From the IMG/VR virus record IMGVR_UViG_3300044640_001367, positions 1-64,000 of that record: a DNA stretch of 64,000 bases; one strand, written 5' to 3'. The notes below the pieces were generated by a model. It had not been told where the DNA came from, searched no databases, and saw only the letters and a list, made by a program, of their open reading frames with translations. The translations under genes and the position numbers were made by a program. Of the stretch, positions 58,317-64,000 are shown piece by piece (the stretch's first letter is position 1; every line of letters starts with the position of its first letter). Source of the stretch: an uncultured virus (IMG/VR IMGVR_UViG_3300044640_001367) (Duplodnaviria; Heunggongvirae; Uroviricota; Caudoviricetes).

Positions 58317-58529
58317 TTATATTAAATAAAACAAGCCTTTTGAATTATAAACTACAATTCTGATCTTGGTATCGTTATCTTTAATGATACCGAGTTTATC
58401 TGAAATTTGAAATGGACCTGGATGATTACTTGTACGTACACCCATTACTTTATCTTTTATTTTATATACATCCAAATCTGTATTAACAACACTTGCGTGA
58501 TATTGTCTTCCCAAAGGTATCATTTTCAT
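58317..58529 (-). CDS. Hypothetical protein, 70 aa
   Basis: ATGA overlap with the cyclase stop codon. Confidence 0.6.
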   Translation of the reverse strand: MKMIPLGRQYHASVVNTDLDVYKIKDKVMGVRTSNHPGPFQISDKLGIIKDNDTKIRIVVYNSKGLFYLI

Positions 58530-60304
58530 AATGGTTTATTTGTTGTTGGTTCTGCTTTTTTTACTCTACTTGATGGAAATTCTTTGTTACCAAACTCGGT
58601 ACCGTGTAAACTGTACAAATGCATTATTACACCGTGTTTTACAATTACATCCCCCAAATCATTTACCAAAACGTATGCTGGTCTATCATATTTCAACATT
58701 ACAGCTGAACTAACTAATAAATGATTTGTTTCACCCGCATCCATTACTCTTTGAGCATAATTGATTCCATCACCGCTTATATTAAGATTTCCATTGATAT
58801 CTTCCATTGGAATTACAGGTCCACAGTGTACACCCATTCTCATTTGTAAGTCGGGTCTATCTTTTACTGCTTTAGCTATAGCAACGGCACAATTCATTGC
58901 ATCTTCTAGATACGTGAAAAATCCCATTACCATACCATCTCCGGTGGGTAATATAATCAACTTTTCAAGAGCATTAGCTGTTTTATATTGCATTGTAGAT
59001 TTAACTAGTGTACCCAAGTCTTTACAAGCCTTCTTTTGTTCATCTGTGGTTTTTTTACTGTAAGCCACAATATCCATAAAGAATATGAAACCTTCTTGTT
59101 CAGTATCTAATTGTAATCGTCCTGATTTGACTTCCACGTCGATCTTGTCAACTTTACGAACTATTTGTTTAACTGGTTTTGGTACTTCAACCTTTGGTTG
59201 TTCTTCTTTCTTTTCTACAACCGGCATATTCTTTAATTTTAAAAAGTCTTTCCAGTTAATCTTTTTTGTTGGTGCATCTTTCTTTTTTGGTTCTTTTGCA
59301 GTCTGTTCTGCTTCTAGTTTCTTTATTGCTTCTTCTTCACGATTGCGTTTTTCAATGAATAACGCAATTTGTTTCTTAACTTCATCTGTAATATAAATGT
59401 TTACATCTTTACCATTACCACCCGTATCGTGTTTCTTCTTTCTTAAAGCACCTTTGGCTTGTAAATAACTTTGCATTTCTACATTGCCTGTCTTGAATGC
59501 AATGTCTAACGGAGCAATTTCTCCCTTAAAATCTGCACCATTAACATTTGCACCCAAATGTACCAAAAACTCCGTCATATCAACATCGTTAGCATTAACG
59601 GCGTAATGTAATGGCATCCATCCATTCTTTTCATCTCTACCATTAATTTTACCGTCTTTATCAAAAAATGACTGTACACCTTCAAAATCACCGGTTTCAG
59701 CACAAAAATGAATATTAACACCACCAGCAGATTTAGCGCCATTTTTATTTAACAACTTAACAATTTCACCTCTATTAACATTGGATAACACATCTATTGG
59801 ATTGTTTTTACCTAAGAAATCTTTCTTGTTGACATCAGCACCTTTAACAATTAAATATTCAACCAAATGTTTTTGTCCATAATTAACCGCATAGTGTAGT
59901 GCTGTCCAACCTTTACCAGCGTCAACTTCATTGATATCTTGTTTTTTACTCAACATTTCTTCAATAGAAACAATATCACCATTCTTAGCAGCCAAATGAA
60001 AACTGCTACCACTACTATATTTTGCACCTCGACCTTGCAATAATTCTGAAATGTGTTTAAACCCTTTTTGTTCAGATATATCTAATGCAGTATTTTTGCT
60101 TGTCCAATCTTTTACATTTACATCGGCGCCACGATTTAATAACAATTTGACTATTTCTATTTGATTTTCTTCTACTGCAACAACCAATGGTGGATTGCCG
60201 GTATCGTCATCTCTCTGATTAACGTCTATTTTTTCTTTTTCGATGCAATTGTATACGTTATCATACAACCCTCGTTTAATGTGGGTAAAAATATTGATTG
60301 CCAT
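58526..60304 (-). CDS. Ankyrin-repeat protein fused to a class III nucleotide cyclase domain
   Basis: Repeated GxPPL/TALH/MPLH...GADVN ankyrin units. The C-terminal domain has FMDIVAYS, PTGDG, RMGVHCGPV, GDGINYAQR and VKHG. Confidence 0.9.
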   Translation of the reverse strand: MAINIFTHIKRGLYDNVYNCIEKEKIDVNQRDDDTGNPPLVVAVEENQIEIVKLLLNRGADVNVKDWTSKNTALDISEQKGFKHISELLQGRGAKYSSGSSFHLAAKNGDIVSIEEMLSKKQDINEVDAGKGWTALHYAVNYGQKHLVEYLIVKGADVNKKDFLGKNNPIDVLSNVNRGEIVKLLNKNGAKSAGGVNIHFCAETGDFEGVQSFFDKDGKINGRDEKNGWMPLHYAVNANDVDMTEFLVHLGANVNGADFKGEIAPLDIAFKTGNVEMQSYLQAKGALRKKKHDTGGNGKDVNIYITDEVKKQIALFIEKRNREEEAIKKLEAEQTAKEPKKKDAPTKKINWKDFLKLKNMPVVEKKEEQPKVEVPKPVKQIVRKVDKIDVEVKSGRLQLDTEQEGFIFFMDIVAYSKKTTDEQKKACKDLGTLVKSTMQYKTANALEKLIILPTGDGMVMGFFTYLEDAMNCAVAIAKAVKDRPDLQMRMGVHCGPVIPMEDINGNLNISGDGINYAQRVMDAGETNHLLVSSAVMLKYDRPAYVLVNDLGDVIVKHGVIMHLYSLHGTEFGNKEFPSSRVKKAEPTTNKPL

Positions 60305-60311
60305 AAGTAAA

Positions 60312-60701
60312 TTAGTCTTGTTTGTTTTCTTTTTTGAAACGAGCCAAATCCAACTGAGGTAGTGGTTTTTCTATATTTAGACCGGCCAATCTTTCATTTT
60401 GAATAACTAATTTACTGCCACCTACAACCTTACCATCTACTACATCATATATAAAGAATACCGTTTTGGTTAAACCTACACGTACAATTCTTCCTGGTTT
60501 ACCATCAACATATACAACGTCATCTTCTTTATAATCGGATCCAATAAACATAAAAAGCGCAGCTGCTAACTTTTCAATGCTTGATTTGAATATTAGAATT
60601 ACTAAACCGGCTAAGAACATCCAGACATATTTGCCTGTCATATCTTGCGCTGTTGATTCTAATACTTTTTCTGAAATTACTTGTACAGTATTTGTGTCCA
60701 T
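60312..60701 (-). CDS. Small MscS-like membrane protein (TM plus middle beta domain)
   Basis: Hydrophobic helix, then FKSSIEKLAAAL...YKEDDVVYVDGKPGRIVRVGLTKT...LVIQN. Confidence 0.6.
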   Translation of the reverse strand: MDTNTVQVISEKVLESTAQDMTGKYVWMFLAGLVILIFKSSIEKLAAALFMFIGSDYKEDDVVYVDGKPGRIVRVGLTKTVFFIYDVVDGKVVGGSKLVIQNERLAGLNIEKPLPQLDLARFKKENKQD

Positions 60702-60770
60702 ATTTGTTTTTGGTTATTTAAAACGAGTTTAACACCTAAAACAATTATATAATAAATATATTTAATTATC

Positions 60771-61736
60771 TCACTTCGTCCACTTTTGTTCTTTCAAGAT
60801 ATCATCAATCAAATCTTTTTCAGAGTTGTCCATTTCTTTGTCAAATCTCTTTAACACTTCGGTCAATGGATATACTCTGTCAGGAGATTCTTTTTGCTTT
60901 TCTTTGAGTTCTTGAATTACATCAACTATCTTAGTAAGTGGGGACTTATATTCATCAACTTTGTCTTTTGAAGCAAAGTTAGATATTTCAAATGCATGTG
61001 GAGTTAATACTTTTACCAAACTTAATAGTCCGGATCCGATCATATTGAATATACTAAATACTGCACCAGCTGCTGGATGTACTGTTGCTAATATTCTAAG
61101 TATAACGAATACTACAACAAATATGATAATTGCGGTTAAAGCACTAATAAAGAACTTTTTTAAACCCCAAAATACAGCATTTAATCCAAACATACCACTC
61201 ATTGTATCAAGTGTAGCCTTGCTTTGATCTGCTTCTTTTGCAATTTCTTTTGCTTTATCAGTCATTTGCCAAAGTTCATCATCATACTTTTCTTTTAAAG
61301 CAGACTTTTCTTTTTGTAATTTGTTTATGATTTCGTCCCGTTGTGATAATAATTGATCACCTTTTTTTCGTTCTTCAGCTACTTGAGAATTAAGCAGATC
61401 AACTGTAGCTTTAATTCTTTTAATTTCATCTATGTGTGGAGAACCAACGATAGAAATTACTCGTTCATTCAAAGATTTAGCTGTTTCTACTTGTATAGGC
61501 GCATTAGTTACTTGACTTAACGAATGTTGAATACCAATTGATAAAGAAGAAGTTTGTACTATTTTACCTTTTTCTACTTTTTCCAATTCTACCATTGTAT
61601 TGTCTACTTTGGCTTCTTGTTTTGCAACGGCATCTTGTGCCACACTAACTTGCTTTGCTGATTTAACCTCTGATGAAATACATCCAGTTAATATCAAAAT
61701 TACAATAGTATAAAACAGTTGCTTTTTAAAGTTCAT
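60771..61736 (-). CDS. Lipoprotein with coiled coil and C-terminal TM segments (spanin-like)
   Basis: Signal peptide with ILTGC lipobox, a long coiled coil, and hydrophobic helices near residues 180-245. Confidence 0.65.
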   Translation of the reverse strand: MNFKKQLFYTIVILILTGCISSEVKSAKQVSVAQDAVAKQEAKVDNTMVELEKVEKGKIVQTSSLSIGIQHSLSQVTNAPIQVETAKSLNERVISIVGSPHIDEIKRIKATVDLLNSQVAEERKKGDQLLSQRDEIINKLQKEKSALKEKYDDELWQMTDKAKEIAKEADQSKATLDTMSGMFGLNAVFWGLKKFFISALTAIIIFVVVFVILRILATVHPAAGAVFSIFNMIGSGLLSLVKVLTPHAFEISNFASKDKVDEYKSPLTKIVDVIQELKEKQKESPDRVYPLTEVLKRFDKEMDNSEKDLIDDILKEQKWTK

Positions 61737-61846
61737 ATAATATAAATATTACTTTTTATAATAAAACTGATATTTATACTCAAAGAAAAGTATAACCGTG
61801 TAATAAAAGGTAACGGCAGTTGAAAAGTAAGAATAACAAAACACAT

Positions 61847-63076
61847 ATGAAATTAATCGATTTGCTAACCGAAGTTAAAATGTATGAAAGTCTAGGATTA
61901 CCAGCATCGGCTGTACAGTCATTAGATTCATTTGTTGCACAAGAATTAGACGAAGCTGATATGTTAGGCGCTGGCACCACAGAATTGCCATCCGATGAAT
62001 TACAAGGATATTTAGACAGATCGGCCGGTCAACCTGCAGTTTATAAGAAAACTGGATTGCCTAAATTGGATAAAAAAGGTAAACAAAAGTATACTACTAC
62101 AAAAGATCCAACTGATAAATTCAAGTATCCATATGTACATCCAAAGCTTGCCAGAGAGATACAAATTGTAGATCCAAGTGGCCGTAGGTTTGATTTAAAC
62201 AAACTAAAAACCCATATCACCACACGTCCTGATAAGATTTTAAAACAAAATGAAAAAATTTCACACAGTGGCGGTGAAAGTACTCAGTTTTATAATATAG
62301 GATTGCCAGCTTTACAAGGACTTGGTTATGACGAAAAGAATCAAAAATTTGTTATCATAAATACGTGTCCAGGCGCAGGTGCATGCAAAGTTTATTGTTA
62401 TGCTAAAAAAGGCGGTTATGTACAATATGTACCAGTTAACACATCGCAAACAAGACAACTTAACTTTTTGTTGAACGATCCGGATGGTTATAAAAATATG
62501 TTATCAAACGAAATTCGTGCAGCAGTTGAAAAAAATTCAAAGAAAAATGTAAAAACTGTGATTAGATGGCATGATTCAGGCGATTTCTTTAGTCCTGATT
62601 ATGTAAACCTAGCATATAGTGTTGCAAAAACATTTCCCAACGTAGACTTTTATGCTTATACTAAAATGGCAGATGTGGCTAAAGGTGATAAACCAGTCAA
62701 TTTCAAGATGAATTTTAGTGCGGGTGCAAAACCTGATCAAGAAAAACAAGTCGATTTTAAAACAACTAAACATTCAACTGTAGTACCAAAGCAAATGTTT
62801 GCTGATTTAGTTGATAGAGAAGAAGTACCAGATCCAGATAAGCCAAATAAAACAATTAAAAAGTTGGTTTATAAATCCCCATCCGCTATTGATATTTTAA
62901 AGAAAAAGTTAGCATTAAAGTATAATGTTTCTGAAGACAGTGTCATTACCTACGATGAAATGATGAAAATTCCTGTGGGAGATAAACCAAAGTGGAATGT
63001 TATAGTTAAACCAGGTGACGGCGACGATAGTGCAAATAGAGCAGATGTAGTGGGTACTTGGTTATTAATCCACTAA
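61847..63076 (+). CDS. GP88-like / radical-SAM-like Fe-S protein with MKLIDLLTE leader
   Basis: TCPGAGACKVYCYAKKG, IRWHDSGDFFS, FYAYTK and NFKMNFS motifs. ATG 61847 preferred over TTG 61820. Confidence 0.7.
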   Translation: MKLIDLLTEVKMYESLGLPASAVQSLDSFVAQELDEADMLGAGTTELPSDELQGYLDRSAGQPAVYKKTGLPKLDKKGKQKYTTTKDPTDKFKYPYVHPKLAREIQIVDPSGRRFDLNKLKTHITTRPDKILKQNEKISHSGGESTQFYNIGLPALQGLGYDEKNQKFVIINTCPGAGACKVYCYAKKGGYVQYVPVNTSQTRQLNFLLNDPDGYKNMLSNEIRAAVEKNSKKNVKTVIRWHDSGDFFSPDYVNLAYSVAKTFPNVDFYAYTKMADVAKGDKPVNFKMNFSAGAKPDQEKQVDFKTTKHSTVVPKQMFADLVDREEVPDPDKPNKTIKKLVYKSPSAIDILKKKLALKYNVSEDSVITYDEMMKIPVGDKPKWNVIVKPGDGDDSANRADVVGTWLLIH

Positions 63077-63115
63077 TTTAGTTGTATTATCTCACTCCAG
63101 AGATATTTATAATCA

Positions 63116-64000
63116 ATGAGTGCTAATTTGGACCAAGATAGGGTAAGATGGCCCGGGAGTGGTAGTAGTGTTAATATAAACACTGTGCCATTTGGCTATT
63201 ATCTAAACGAAAGTTGCGTTGGAGCTGAAACCACATTTGCAAATGATTGTAGTAGCAGTGCGATGTGGGCAGCAAAACGGTTGGGGTATCCAATCGTTGA
63301 TATTGAAATGATCGACGTTAATTTCTACGCATGTTTTGAAGAATCTGTACTAGAATATAACCGTGTAGTTAATGAATTTAATATTGTTAACAACATGGTT
63401 GATTTACAGGGATTGCCTCAAAATAAATATAAAAATTTAACGGGGATGGGCGTAAAGAGTACTGGTTTACCTTTTATAGTTCAACTGAGCAAACAATATG
63501 GAGCCGAAGCACTTGTTGGCGGTGAATATGAAGTTAAGCGTAACTATGTAACTATTAGTGGTAGTATCAACCCTGGCAAAACACATCAGGTTTATGACTT
63601 GAATACCTTAATTGGTCGAGACATTGAACATTTAACTGGGTCACGAATTGAAGTAAAAAGAATATTTCATAATAGACCCCCAGCAATTGCTCGTATATAC
63701 GATCCATTTAGTATGACAGGAATGAGTTACAGTAACGTACTCGGTGAAATGGGATTTGGGGCTTATAGTCCTGCTACACAATTCTTGATGACTCCTATTT
63801 TTGAAGATTTGGAACGTGTACAGGCCATTGAATTCAATGATATGGTTCGTAAAAGCGCTTATAGTTTTGAAATTTTAGGTAATAACAAGTTGAGAATATT
63901 TCCAATACCATCTGAAAATTTCAAGGTATATATAGATTACATCGTTGAAAGTGAACGTGATATTACCAACTTTTATAGTGGATCTCGTTATGAATATATT
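63116..64000 (+). CDS. Neck protein gp13-like (partial, runs off window)
   Basis: Not in the ORF track. MSANLDQDRVRWPGSGS...WAAKRLGYPIVDIEM...FYACFEES resembles the gp13 LRRLGxPVIxI motif. TATTTATA at 63104-63111. Confidence 0.75.
   Translation, partial: MSANLDQDRVRWPGSGSSVNINTVPFGYYLNESCVGAETTFANDCSSSAMWAAKRLGYPIVDIEMIDVNFYACFEESVLEYNRVVNEFNIVNNMVDLQGLPQNKYKNLTGMGVKSTGLPFIVQLSKQYGAEALVGGEYEVKRNYVTISGSINPGKTHQVYDLNTLIGRDIEHLTGSRIEVKRIFHNRPPAIARIYDPFSMTGMSYSNVLGEMGFGAYSPATQFLMTPIFEDLERVQAIEFNDMVRKSAYSFEILGNNKLRIFPIPSENFKVYIDYIVESERDITNFYSGSRYEYI

Noticed and set aside
58317..60701. Calling the cyclase plus membrane gene a Pycsar system
   Set aside because: No cNMP-binding or TIR effector domain is recognisable, and cyclase specificity cannot be established by eye.
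2121..62223. Numerous 60-150 aa ORFs antisense to or nested in long genes (e.g. 2348, 10492, 25211, 41073, 54402, 58761, 59085)
   Set aside because: They fully overlap genes with recognisable motifs, show no family signal of their own, and are expected by chance.
4342..63111. Reading the motif as T4-type TATAAATA promoters firing antisense
   Set aside because: On both strands the TATTTAT orientation is the one facing the adjacent start codon at near-fixed distance, which fits sense function better.
1..64000. Stop-codon reassignment
   Set aside because: Core genes are full-length in the standard code, and TAA, TAG and TGA all terminate genes at tight junctions.

Overview
This AT-rich 64 kb window is the virion-morphogenesis region of a large, T4-superfamily-like myovirus, read in the standard genetic code. 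In order it holds phoH, a fibre/adhesin cluster, hsp20, a gp55-like late sigma factor, baseplate genes (gp5-like spike, gp25, gp6, large wedge, FG-GAP propeller), a RuvC/primase/fused Mre11-Rad50 block, a FkbM methyltransferase plus two multidomain glycosyltransferases (one ending in a TibC/AAH-type protein heptosyltransferase), a 1304-aa tail sheath, terminase, portal, prohead protease, scaffold and major capsid protein. These are followed by a minus-strand block (Mom-like DNA modifier, ankyrin-cyclase fusion, mini-MscS, spanin-like lipoprotein), a GP88-like Fe-S protein and a partial neck gene. Four signals stand out. (1) A candidate virion O-glycosylation system: the heptosyltransferase cassette plus pervasive [ST]-[GAS]-S motifs and a (GTS)n tract in structural proteins. 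(2) A shared N-terminal M-[IK]-x-L..[LI][LI]xE leader on unrelated proteins, resembling a capsid-targeting, protease-cleaved signal. (3) A strand-oriented TA[TC]TTAT[AT] late-promoter motif 3-5 nt before many start codons, implying leaderless mRNAs. (4) An ankyrin-class III cyclase with non-canonical specificity residues. I saw no tRNA, CRISPR array, intron or intein. All family calls are from motif recognition by eye, not database searches.
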